Position numbers and translations under genes: made by a program. DNA of 55,595 nucleotides, the filler included, from Platydemus manokwari (taxonomy: Eukaryota): the NCBI GenBank assembly GCA_037951405.1. It is 5 parts of 5 records of this genome, joined end to end, with 100 filler letters (N's around TTAATTAATTAA, not from the genome) between each part and the next. Parts side by side here need not be neighbours in the genome. Positions count along the whole stretch, not along the records: positions 27,568 to 36,396 come from JBBMOY011323539.1; positions 36,497 to 46,073 come from JBBMOY011230098.1; 3 more parts are not named here. The stretch is one strand, 5' to 3'. The notes beneath the pieces are model-generated. The model was not told the origin of the DNA, ran no database searches, and was given only the letters and a program-made list of their open reading frames with translations. Shown piece after piece: positions 27,668 through 40,600 of this stretch. Positions within the stretch are counted from its first letter, which is position 1. Every line of letters begins with the position of its first letter.

Positions 27668-27770
27668 AAAATTGAATAAAATCGCTGATGAGAATCCAAC
27701 ACCAACTGGATACATCAATTACGAAATCAATTCTAATCTCTTAGTGCCAGATCAAACTACTTCTAGCTAA
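27668..27770 (+). CDS. Candidate terminal exon, possibly of the Ig-Fn3 gene
   Basis: Acceptor ttcttctag precedes the open frame KLNKIADENPTPTGYINYEINSNLLVPDQTTSS* (phase 2). Direct splicing from the 26819 donor (phase 1) would give only 'EN*', so exons may be hidden in gap 27468-27567. Confidence 0.35.
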
Positions 27771-28897
27771 TCCCATCAAGTGTTCCAAAAAAGTAATGGA
27801 TATCATTACAATCGCATAATGTTGGACTATCAATGAACTTAAAACCCATTAAATCGAAATTTTAATTAAAAATATACTGCTGATTATAGCTGCTACTTAT
27901 TATTTTCATTGATTTATTTTTGCTGCTTTCTTGTGATGATCGATCGATTTTGACAGAAATTTGAGATTAAAAATAAATTTACTCAATAAGTAAAAATGCA
28001 CAAATCTCCTCTCACAAATAATTTTTCATCGTCTCACCATGCTGGACGGAATTTGAAAAAGAAAAAGATCGAATTATTGTACGCAACAATATACTGGGAT
28101 CCACTCAGGGATCACCCAGGACCAATCTACAAGTAGATAATTATTTCAAGAAAGCCGTCTAGCCAAATTTCCAATTTTATTTGAAAACATAATAAACCAA
28201 TTTGTCTTCTTACTTATCAGTATTTGTTTGTTATGAGTTCATTCGAAGAAAGCATAGTGTAAGGGTTGTGAAGGTTGTGTTTCTTTTTGTAAAATAAATC
28301 TGTTATTCTAATGATTCAGACAATTACAGCATTTGTCGTTCAATAGTTATCAACAACTCTCTAACCATTTTAATGATAGATTTTAGCATATATTTGCTGA
28401 TATTGATATTTTCTCGCGTAATTATGTGGTGTTAAATATCAAAATCAATAAAACATAAATAACGACAAGGCATATCAAAAGATGATTGGCAAACAATATC
28501 GATTTTATATAAGGATATGTTTGAAATTACAGGATAATATTCTACTGTAAAGATTATTAACAAAAATCGTTTTGATTGTAATTTATTTCACTGAACAATG
28601 CCTACGAAAGAAGACTAGAGAAGAGATTCGTGTAAGTGTAAATATTCTGATTCCGTACAACAAATGTGCTAATTTAGGAAAATGCTTAAAATTATAAATC
28701 AAAAATGGCAATTAAACATGAAATAAGGGAGTTGACTAAAAATGTTTATCGAATAACGCTGATTATAAATTATAAATGGTTTATGAGTAGAATAATAAAT
28801 TAATTACAGAGCAAGATGAAATAATAACGCAGGCACAAACTGTAAATCAGGTAGTAATCTATGAAATAATATAACTAAAAATCAATACTAGTAATTG

Positions 28898-31330
28898 TTA
28901 GCCGCCACTATTTTATAAAAGGCGTGTCGAAAACGAACTGCAAATTCAAGACATCAAAATATATTTAAAGATAATCAATTAAAAAAATTGATTTTATACA
29001 AAAATATTTTATACATTTATTTATATATATTAGATGTCTTCCCTTAACCTCACCTTTATGTACACAGAGTGAAGTTTTCGTGGTCACATAATAACCAAAT
29101 TATTAACAAAACACTACTCATCAATATCGATCAGAATATTGAATCTATCATCTAATAATTAGATGTCACCTGATTAGATGTCTTCACTTAACCTCACCGT
29201 AATGCACACAGAATGAAGTCTTCGTGACCACATAATAACCAAATAATAAAAAAAATACTACTAATCAATATCGATTAGAATATTGAATCCATAATGTCAT
29301 TTGATTGGATGTTTTCGCTTAACCTCATCGTTATGCACACAGAGTGAAGTCTTCGTGATCACATAATAACCAAATAATAAAAAAATACTACTAATCAATA
29401 TCGATTAGAATATTGAATCCATATTAGACGTCAGTTGCATTCAAAACCACAAGTATTTGCCTGATTTCGCTGTCATGCACACAAAGTGAAGTTTTTGACG
29501 TCATATATTGAACAAATTATTACAATATTTTAGACTCTACTGAACATAACACATAACTTCGATTCATAAAGATGATTACATTCGACATTTACTGACTGTA
29601 AAGCAAGAAGAATAAAGTTTCAGAAGAACATAACTGGTGTATTTACTTTTAGTCAGGTGCACTTCAATAATAGATGTCTGACAATGTAGGATGTGATAAG
29701 CATTGAAAATCAGATCATTTTTAATTGATAACTTTATCACAACAGAAAATAACAAATTATTATTATTGTTATTTTAATAATAAAAAATCGATCATGATGC
29801 CATCCTTTCAAAGGAAAAGTGATAGCAACTAATTATTAAGTTTATTACAAAATAATATAATTTTATATCTCAGACTCATTTATAACAACGAGTGGTCATA
29901 CCTGCCAACAATAATTAATCAAACAAGAACTGGGAATAGATTTTACGATATTTCTTATAAGCTGTATTAAAAATGAATTAAACGTTTTATTTAAATATCA
30001 TTTGCTGTTAGTACTGCTGAGCTAATGAGATATTTAACTAAATAACGATTATAAAATTTATATGTATTAAAGTTTCTTTTAATAGTGATTTAAAACCATA
30101 ACCATAACGACAAACCCGAATCAATGTTACAGAATAGAAATTTTTTTAAAATAACTTTCATTTTTGTAATAAATTTTGAGATATTATTTGTTTTACTGAA
30201 GTGAATATTTGTTTAAATTGCCAGGCCTAATAAATGAATAATAAATCTCTAATATAACAGTAGTAATATATTATGAAAATATCAGTGGGAGTACTAAATC
30301 CCACAAACCTATCGATAGAAACAACAACAATTATTGTTATAATCCATGATCAATATCAGCTCAATCATAGCGATTTCGAAAAACCAATGAATTGACTAAT
30401 TCGAGCAATTGAAAAATCATTCAGGATACTGATAAACACACTCGACAATAAATGGAATAAATTCCTATTTTTGTAATATCGAAAATTTGGCCAATTTGGA
30501 TAAATAAATTAGGTTTTTCATTTCATTTACCTCTCAAGTCTCTGTAGCAGAGAATCCACTTGAAAAGATGATTTTCGTCGAATAAGTGGATAAAGCTGTG
30601 AAAATATTTTTTCTTTTCTTATTTTGATAGAAATGAAAACAAGATTTTGTGATAATCATTATATAGTACAAATAGATTTAGTTCGATCAGCAATGGATTA
30701 TTTAATTTGGTTTCATGATGGGGTTGGAATTTTTTATAATCCATCGGAAAACAAAATGGCATCCAGTGGTCTATTTTATTCCAAGGAGAAAAAATTTATG
30801 TTTGCAGCTACTATTTTTAAAAGTCACTTATTGAAAAGGAACTGAAAAGTCACGATATACAATTCTAGTTAAATACAATTATTAAAATGTTTGATTTACA
30901 CAAAAAGAATTTTATACCAAATTAAATTTTATATTAAATTTAATCTATAGAAATTTTAATTCAATTTTTAATGTTCAAACTCCCTTTTCTTTCAAATCTT
31001 TGATTTCCTTTTTATTCTTAATTGGTATTTTTATCTACACCAAAAACTCTAGTATTTCTACTGGTTTTATAACTTCTCTAAATCTTCTTTATATATTCTC
31101 TATATAGACTCAACAGATTTCTCCTTCTTTTCAATTATTTGTAGTCATTGATCTTTTCAGAATCGAATCCTGATGCGTGGTCACCATATAAGCTGCTACT
31201 ATTTTTGAAAACGAACTGAAATGCCGCGACATCCAATTCTAGTTAAATACAATTATATAACCAAATTGATTTGATTTCATACCGAGAAGATTTTTACGAA
31301 ATTAAATTTTATATAAAATCAAATTTTTCA
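28898..31330 (+). repeat. Three dispersed direct copies of a ~130-150-bp element (~28898-29020, ~30803-30945, ~31189-31330)
   Basis: Shared core GC..C.ACTATTTT...GAAAA(C/G)GAACTG.AA....GACAT.CAA.. followed by similar AT-rich tails. Copies 2 and 3 share CAATTCTAGTTAAATACAATTAT and AAATTAAATTTTTATAT. Confidence 0.75.
29031..29525. repeat. Tandem repeat of ~131-144-bp units (3 near-complete units plus 1 degenerate)
   Basis: Units start at 29031, 29175 and 29306 (TAGATGTCTTC.CTTAACCTCA...ATGCACACAGAGTGAAG..TTCGTG..CACATAATAACCAAAT...TCAATATCGAT.AGAATATTGAATC). A fourth partial unit lies at ~29460-29525. Confidence 0.9.
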
Positions 31331-34300
31331 CAAAATTAATCAATAGAAATTTCCATTCAATTTAAAATGTTCACAATTTGAATGAAGCGCGTCTGTTTCG
31401 CCGATATATGCCCTGAATCGCTGGATGTTTAAAATATATTTGACAATTTTGTAGCACGATACAGCTCCAATACCACGAAGGGGCAACGATATCGAAACTT
31501 TATCATTAAAGATGAAATTCCTTCTTGCATGTGAGTGACCAATTATAATATTTTCTTTATCGTATTTGTGCTGTTGTATGTGTACAATAGATTCTACCCC
31601 TTTATTGCTCTTGATATACCAGTTCATTGATTTATTTAATAATCTTTAAAATAGAATCATCTCATTCATTTCATTTTATCATCAAAGTTAGTATTGTAAT
31701 AAGTGAAAATTCATTGTCATTTCACTGCCCCTTCAACTGTAATATAAATTCACTAATATTAAGAAATCAGTTGTCAACGATATCAAATCTAACCATAAAA
31801 ATTAAATTGGCTAACAACGGTGTCAACAAGAACTCATTGCAATATATAAGTCTTAGTGTTTATAAACTAATTATTAACGCCGACTGTACACTTTTCACAT
31901 TATCACTTATCGTAAATCGAAAGAAGGTCGAAATAATAGGTACATCACACCTTTAATTCGAGGCTGATCAAGACATTTATAACTTCAATAATAAATTCAT
32001 CGACTAGACAACAATTGGACGAAATATAAAGCAATAAGTCCCCAAACATAACAAAAATATGGGGAGCAAAGTTAATTATCTAATATAAGGTAATTCGAAT
32101 TACTCGTTGTTGTTCTGATCTCAATTATTTTGTAGTCTTCATCTAAAATTAATGAAAAACATTTCGCTAATATAATGTTGGCTCATAACTTCTCTGGTTT
32201 TTCCGATATTATTTTTTGTGATTTGAATGCAAATAAAGAGAAAACGAAATATAATTATCCATAAGGAATAAGATTATAATTTAATATTCTCCCATTTCAG
32301 ACAAGATTTGGTTTAGTTGTTTGAATTTCTTTCATAGAAGTTGATAGGGGTAAAGACAAAAAATAGGAAAATTTAATCTTTCTGTTTGTTGAAAGGGGTC
32401 GACATAGATGAATGCATTCGAATCAATATCAATTTCCAGATGAATTCTTTCTCGTTATTTATTAATATATATATATTTGATTAACTTTTCTTTTTTAATT
32501 TGCTTCCGTTTCATTATTTTTCTTCTTAACAATTATCGAGCTGGCTAATGATGCCTTACGATCTGAAACTTGTACGGAATTACATCTCGTTGAGTCCGCA
32601 GGGATTGAACAGTGAGAAATATATTAAAATTATTGTTCTCTTATCGAATCATTTTTTTTAATCCAGTTTTTAAACTAATTTTTGTTCGTGTTCAAGAATT
32701 CAGAGTTGTAAATTGTCAACACTTGTGGAAATTGCGGCAATTCTCATCGACAATAATTGGCATAGAACATGACTAACAGGATTTTCCAATTACAAACGAC
32801 AAGATCAAGCTATGTTTTCAATTCACTGAGTTCATATTTGTCTCATTTTTTCAAAAATTTTCTCATTTCTTCATTTCTGAACCAAGCCGACCAAGCATTG
32901 TTATTTTTGTTAGTTATGTTTCTGTACATTAAGCTAAGTATTGATTTTTATATATGGACATGTTTGGTTTTTAGTGGGATAAACGAATTCGCAAGAAAAT
33001 TTCTTTTCAATCCAAAAGGTGAATTCAAAAAAATAATGACTGATTCTCGATAAGTTGGATTTATTTATTTACCAAAAAACTCATATCACATAAAAACACA
33101 AACAATCAATATCTAGACCACTAAATAATCGATATTTTTGTTGATATACGAAATAGATTAACAATCTTTTATAGTTCATATTTGATTAAGAGTGACTCCT
33201 AATAGTTTTAGTCCAGCTTCAATTAATTTGGTTTTTGTTCTTTTTTTCGTTGTCAGAATAACCGTCTTTATATACAGCATTTTCTGGAAATCAAATCGAT
33301 GAGATTTTATTTACTTTTCTCTTTGTGCATTACATTATGATAATCACTTCTTTGTTTCGAAATCTATATCGCCAGTTAATATTTATATGATACTAAAAAA
33401 ATCCATATTTTAAACAATCTGTCAACTGATTATGAATCAAATATTCGGTGTCACCTAATTCATTAATTTGTATCGGCTTTTGTTAGCTTTTGAAAGCTAT
33501 AAATATATTATGGATTTTAAAAATATTGATTGGATTCTATTTGAGGAAACCTTAGAGAAGAATGTCAGATTTTCACAATGATAGTATCATTCATATTGTT
33601 ATGATATCAAGTTACGCTAAAGCCTGAAAACTATATTTATAGATCACAATGAATTACAAAACTCGATTCGTCATCAAACACGATTAAAATGACGCTAAAT
33701 CAATCCGAAAGTTAAACGACCAGACAGAGAAAAACTACAACGACTGGTTGTCAGAAAAATCACATTGACGTCACATGGAGTAGAAGTTACCGACCAAAAA
33801 GACTGGCAGATGCCTGTGAAATCCAGCTATTTTTATAGGCTTATTCTGTGCGTTCACTTGATCTCTCAGAGTTTTACTTTTAATTCGATAGAGCACCTCA
33901 CACGTCGGTCAATTAGCAACTTTTATTGTATCACTTATGACCTTAATGATTCCTGATGTTGTTGATATGCGACAGCCGACCATTGAACTTCAAACCCTTT
34001 GAAGGTTATTTCCATGGTTTCAATAAATATATTGGTTATTTATTATTTGGTTATTTATCGGTTACCCGACAATAAAGTAAAGATAATAATGAAATTTTAG
34101 GATCAGACTTTGATAGTCGTATTAAGAGTTGAATAAGAACTAAATATTCGAAAACTTTGTATTTAATAGTCATTTTAGCATTGTGCTTAACAAGATCAAT
34201 GTGCTATTCATTCTAGCTTGCCAATGATAATAATAATCTTTAGACATTTTTGTCAACAAATGTCTTACAAATAAGTTTAAAATAATTTGGATTAAAAAAT

Positions 34301-35036
34301 GATTGATGAACTCCATCGGGTAACCAAGTTGATAAAATATTGTCGAAATGCTATTAGATCATAACGGATTTAGAAAAATCTCAGACCATAAACAAATATC
34401 AGGATTTGAATTATTTAATTTCAGGCAAATAAGATAATACCAAAAGCTTTATTGATTATTTAAAGGATACGGTTTTTGAATACAATGATACTGAAGGAAT
34501 TTAACGATTAATAATTCTCGTAATTTTTTTTTATTTGTTTCTCGTATAAAACGCACAATAATTTTTTGGAAAGGCGATTAAAAGTAAAAGTTATGCAATG
34601 ATCTACATCTGAATCAAGGCGGTAACAATGTAACCAAAAAGAACACATTAAAAATACAACAAAGAAATAGCAGCGACAAAACCCAATTGTGAAAGGAAGA
34701 CCTTTCAAAGTTTTGATACAAATAAAATAATATTCTTTTCTATTAGTAAAGAATGAAAGGATTATGGGAAGTCGAAGATTTAAAGATCTTTTATTTACTT
34801 TTTCTTCTTGTACGGACTGTGCATGTGCTCAATCTTTGAAATAGTTTCTTCCTGATTTTATCCAGAATGCTTTTAGGTCTGTTTGTCAAGTCCGCAACAC
34901 CCTCTGAGAAAATGTGATACTGGAAGATTACCAAAATGTTTTTAACGTTACTTTAAACTGATGTTAAACGATACTACTTTCAAAATTCACAACCTTGCTT
35001 ATACAATCATAACATTTGGGTCTGATTGTGAATTTT

Positions 35037-36052
35037 GGCTTAAGTTAAGAAAAAGGGTCCTTTGATCCAATTTTAAAATAATGACATTTCGTGAGTTATT
35101 TGATATTAAAATTTATTTGTAATCATATTTTATTGAAAGGTTTACATAAAAGTCAATTTTAGATAATTCAATTTAACATAAAAATTTGACAATTTTACAT
35201 AAAATTCAATTTTAGATTTCAAGCCAAAAATCAACTCTAACAATGAAAAACCATTGCCTTCGATGCCCGCTACCATATTTGTCACTTCCAAAATATTTAT
35301 CGTCAATTTCTATGACGATATTTAAGACTGGAATTATATTTCTATGCCAAGATATTTGTTTATTGGCGAGAAATCTGCAATTTTTGTTGTATATCAATAA
35401 ACAATTTTAAATTTTTGGTTTTATTTAAATTTTTTTTAATATTTGTTGATTGTTGGTTTACTAATGGATTTGTAAATATAATTTTTTATGTGAGACCCGT
35501 GTACCAAAAATACTTTATTCTAATTGTCGAAAATGGACAAGGCTGAATTGTTGAACCATGTTCCTATTTGAATTCCGAAACTTTCATATTTGTGGCATCC
35601 TCACCTGTACAATTTATTTGATATCGTCAAATCTTCATTTCATTACAGCATCGACAGGTTTGGGATTTATGTATCCAATCTATTAAATAGATATTAAAAT
35701 ACTTATTTTGAGATAAACCACAAGTACCTTGTTCCTGGCACTTCTCAATAATTTAGAAGTCACTTTTCTATAAATTAACTTATAAAAATATTAGATATTA
35801 TTCCAATTGCTTCTAATGTTAAAAGAAGGGGTTCTCGCTAATTTTCAATTAACGGCATTTTGACCTACTTTGACCCGTTTTTCAAATAATTAATTTTTAG
35901 GACATTTTAAAAATCCCGTGCATTTATTATTTGATTGTAAATAACTAAAATTTTACTCAATTACTTAAAGAAAAAATTCAAAATATAGATTTTAGCAATA
36001 CACTCCACAATTTCAAAATTTTATTTTAGGACCCTATTTTTTAACTTTAGCC
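35037..36052 (-). mobile_element. Degenerate Merlin (IS1016/IS1595-like DDE) DNA transposon with terminal inverted repeats
   Basis: Left end GGCTTAAGTTAAGAAAAAGGGTCCT and right end (reverse complement) GGCTAAAGTTAAAAAATAGGGTCCT. Internal minus-strand remnants are 'GTWFNNSALSI' and 'IVIEIDDKYFGSDKYGSGHRRQWFF', matching the VEIDE..FG..KY..G....WVFG motif of DDE_Tnp_IS1595/Merlin. No intact TSD seen. Confidence 0.8.
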
Positions 36053-37684
36053 TTTTCGTACATTTATAATTTTCTTACAATCGTAATATATGATGATGCC
36101 ATTTTCAGTGAGAATTTTTGTTAATATATTTTCAAAACTATTTATTACCTGTGTTATATCAATGTGGTTTTTATTGTAAATTTTAGAATATCATTTAACA
36201 ATGAATTATCAATATTTGGGCAAGACTTGGACAGTTATGATACAGAACGATTTAGAGTTCACTGATTGCAGCGATTCTAATTTTAAATTACAATTTTTAA
36301 AAATATTTTCATAGAAATCTGTAATTCATCATATTTATTGACTATTTTGCAATGATTGTCTGAAACAATATCTAAGAAATGGGATATGGAATTGTGNNNN
36401 NNNNNNNNNNNNNNNNNNNNNNNNNNNNNNNNNNNNNNNNTTAATTAATTAANNNNNNNNNNNNNNNNNNNNNNNNNNNNNNNNNNNNNNNNNNNNTTAT
36501 CGTAATTTAATCGTCATTTAATAGTAAGGCTGCGAGAAATCCAATGACTTTAAACATGTAAATCCTGTATCTTTAACATATAATATTTTAATAGGAAAAA
36601 ATCAAAAAATCAAGACTGTAAAATTATTCATCAATCTAATATTATAGCTAAAAATAAGTCATATCGATTCGGATTTTTTCTTTTTCATATTTCAGTAGTT
36701 TTAGAATGAAAAATAAATTATCACAATGAATTGTAATATGAAATGGAATAAAACCGTTTAAATTCATAATCTCGATAAATTGATATTTAAAATCAATTTC
36801 GGATATCGCTTAACGTTAATAGGATATTTTTCGAATATTTACAAATCAATTTTGATAATAATTTAGCTATTTACATTATTGAATCCCCACATATCTCGTT
36901 AGTTCTGATTAAATTCATTTTGATGATGTTAATTAATTGTATTCAGATATTTGATAAAATATTCCAGATGCTTTTAAATATATAATAGGTTTTATGTTTT
37001 CAGATTTTAAACATTATTTCATGTTTAATCATATCGAGTTATATTTCTTCACAAATATTTAATTAAATAATCTTAATCCCTTACTAATCTAGGAGCTTTC
37101 TGATCTCATTGTATTAAGTTCTTTAATCTAGAAAACATGAGTTGTTTAATACTCGCAAAAGATTTTTTGAAATGAACAGATGTAAGCGTTCTTATTGTTC
37201 TGGTGTTTAAATTCAACTAAATGCAGACCTACTTACAATTTTCAAATAAGAAAATTATTTTTTTTGGTTATTTTTTAAATTATTCTTCTTTGTGGAGCAT
37301 GGACAAATTGAAAACCGGACACTTCATACCTTTAAATCTTTGTATGTTATTATTATAAAACAACTCAAATATAAATAATACCAAAAGATGAAGGATATTT
37401 AAGACATTAATTTAAAAATTGTAAGATTTAAAAATTTTAAATTACGTAATTGTAAAATTAAATTCTATATTTTAGTTTATAAAATTTTAAATTTATTAAA
37501 TTTAAAATTATTCTGATTACGACTGACAATATTTAAATTTCTATCTGGATATTATTTTAACTGAAATAATTAGAAATTATATATTAAAAATATTTGTGTA
37601 TTAAAAATGTTGAAGCAGAAACCCATACAATCACCATACAGCTATGATGTCACAACATCAATACAAATACCTAACAGGGCGGAT

Positions 37685-40600
37685 AAAATTTATTTCATAT
37701 AAACATAAATATCTTCACGATGCGGTGACACAAGTCCTCACATCTTTTTATAAAATTGATTAATCCTTTCATACGTCCGGTAAGTTTGCTTGTATGAGAT
37801 TCTTAGAGAATTCCTCGATTATCTAGTACATAGAGTTACTATCAGTTGTGATTGTTGATTGCTAGCTGGTTGAATGCTCTTGACGAGAATGGTGGCTTGA
37901 AGTTTCGATTGTCAGTATGTGCTATGTAGGTAACGTAGGCATCCTTTATAAGTGATGCTGATTAAATAATTGACAATGAAGTTGATTTACGGCTTATAAA
38001 GTGCGATGTTAGTTAAGACTTTGTTATTTTTTGGATCCCATGAACCGAGAACTCCTATAGAGAGGTTTCGAATTGGGTCTTCGTTTTGATTTCACTGGGA
38101 ATACCCGAAGTTCTTCATGATGTCAAATGGTATCTAGAGATCAATAATGTGGGCATTTTTCTTCGCATTATTTCTTATTATAAGGTTTGGTTACATTTTT
38201 GTGTTGGTTCCCAGGGGGGTCGTGTCGATATGCGTATCGTATCCCAGTGGTTGGAGATAGTTACCTAAGTGGTCCAAGATGATAGAATGTCTCTTTGATG
38301 CTAAACTAGGGATTGCTGGGCAGTGGATAAATATATGAGCATCCGTTTCTTGCTCATTCAGTCATCTTCCACATAGCGTGGATTTTTCTTTCTTGACGAA
38401 GTACGGTGCGTAGTTAAGAAGTATCAAGTTGTTTCGCACTAGTTGAGAGAAAATCCATACCTCCAGAGATAGATGGAAGTTCTGCATCGGTTTCTGTAAG
38501 TGGTGAGTGGTAGCAAAGCAGTGAGCAAGTCGCCCTTGCTTTTTCATGCTGGTCCATTTGTTGAAAGTATGCATAGAGACCGCATCACGAAGTATATCGG
38601 CACGTTTACCACGGTTATCAAAGTTGAAGTGGTATGTTTTGTTTTTGTCCACTAAGAGTTTGAGCAAGATTTGCATATAGTGATTGTAGAATTCAGTGTC
38701 CGTCTGGATATTGCGAGGTTTCCGGGCTGCGAACCGTGTTTTTGTCCACCATATGGCCGAAGTCATTTCCTTTTCTGTTAGAGCATTGTCAGAAATCCAG
38801 AGAAGAGCGGTTGTGAGATTGTCTGGATCGGTCATTCTGTGGTTGATGATGTCTGTGATGTGGTTAATCATGAAGGTCCTGAACTCGTAGTCTGGGCTGG
38901 TAAGGTATCTGAGAGTTTCCACGATACTTTCAATGCAATACTCCATTAGTGATGTCGTCCACCCAGTGGGTCCACCCAGTTTTGTTAGAGCAAACATGAA
39001 TTGATTATTGCTCGAGTTGGAACTGGCCATCTTTAGTATTTTACGAGAGATTTGCCTGATTTTCTTGTTTTCGGTTGTGACTATAAATCTAGAGTCGAGT
39101 TAAGTGGTCTCGACTTGTTGGGTGTGGCGATGGTAGGGAAATCTCGAGTGTAAGAAAATAGTATAACACCGCGATGGATACGAATAGGTGGAGTCTTGGT
39201 TTGTCCGCACGTATAAGTAGTTTTGAGTTCCTCATTTAAGGTTTTGATCATTTCAATATAGATGCTGTTGCATCCCATTGTTTTCAAGGTGAACCAAATG
39301 ATCTCATGAAGGAGACTTGGAAAGGCGTCCTTGAGATCAATCCAGCAGAGATGTAGGTTGGTCACCAATTCCTGGAGCGAAAATAGGTAAGCGTTGTGTT
39401 TTGCGCATCCATCAGAGGCAAACATCTCTTTCTGGTTGTATGAGAGAAGATTGTCGGTATCTAAGCCATTTGAGGAGCCTGAGTTTGAGAATTATCGTAA
39501 AGATTCTGTAAAATAAGTCGGTTAGGGCAATCGGTTTTCACGAGGTGATATTGTGGGGCGTTGCTTGCTTGCCCGTTTCAGTAACAATTTTGTGTTACAC
39601 TGTTTCCATTGGTCCGGTATTGTTTTGGTTCTGAGATTGCGTTTAAATTAGGACTGAAGGAAAAGGTGTTGCGGGTTTATTTGCCCTCAGTTTTAATAGG
39701 TTAATCCGTCGTTTCCTGATGGGGACTTGTAGATTTTGTCAAACGTGTTTTTGATTTCTTTAAGATTGGAGTTGTCTTCAAACCTTGGTAGAGTTGGATT
39801 GAATATCTCTGGTAGCGAAGCTGGTATTAGTTTGGTGTAGTATGATATGATGTTTTCAATTTTCGGTGTTGCGGTTGGATTTGAAGAAGGTAGTATGCTA
39901 ATTATTTTCTTTGGTTCGGTGAGGAATTGTGATCTTATTTTGAAATCCAAAGATTATTAGTGTATGAAGTGAATTATAGACGGTTTGACCATCTTTTTTG
40001 GTGCAAATCTGGTTGGATCTTAAGTTCCTGTCTTTGCAGAGGTCAACAGTGTTTGATTCGTTCAGCTTGATCATTTGGAGAGCCTGTATGTACGATTAGT
40101 CTTCGGAAAATCAGGGTCATGCAGGTTGGTGTATGACTTGCTCCTCCGTATAATTTTGATAAATACTAAGTGATTTTGATTTGTCCTTGTTTATGGTTTG
40201 TTTGAGTGCTGGTTGGAGTTGGTTAGTGTTCTGTTGTATTTGTTTCTTCTTGTGAGTCAGAAAGCATTTAAGGAGTGGACATTGATCCGTGCGTGGTTTG
40301 TGATAAGATGATATCATCTATGTCATGGTCGATTTGGAGTGGATCGAGAATTTCAGGTTGATTTTCTTGGTGATGCTGAGATATACTGCTTGTCTTAAGT
40401 TCAATTACAATTGGTGGCGATTCGATTTCTTCTGTTGTAACGGTGATGATGTGTTGGTCATTTTGGTTGTTTGCATTTTCCTGATCATTGTCTTTTGGAT
40501 CTGGTTTGATCGGTAGAAAGAGTTTTTTGAATTTATTTCATAATGTCTGGATTATTTGCAGTCTTCCTTGTGCATTTTGAAAGCACATGTTGCAACAGCA

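Noticed and set aside
29031-29525. CRISPR array or hammerhead retrozyme interpretation
   Set aside because: Whole units repeat with no unique spacers, the context is eukaryotic, and there is no CUGANGA...GAAA core on either strand.
32590-32615. B-box-like GTTCAATCCC on the minus strand (tRNA or SINE)
   Set aside because: No A box or cloverleaf.
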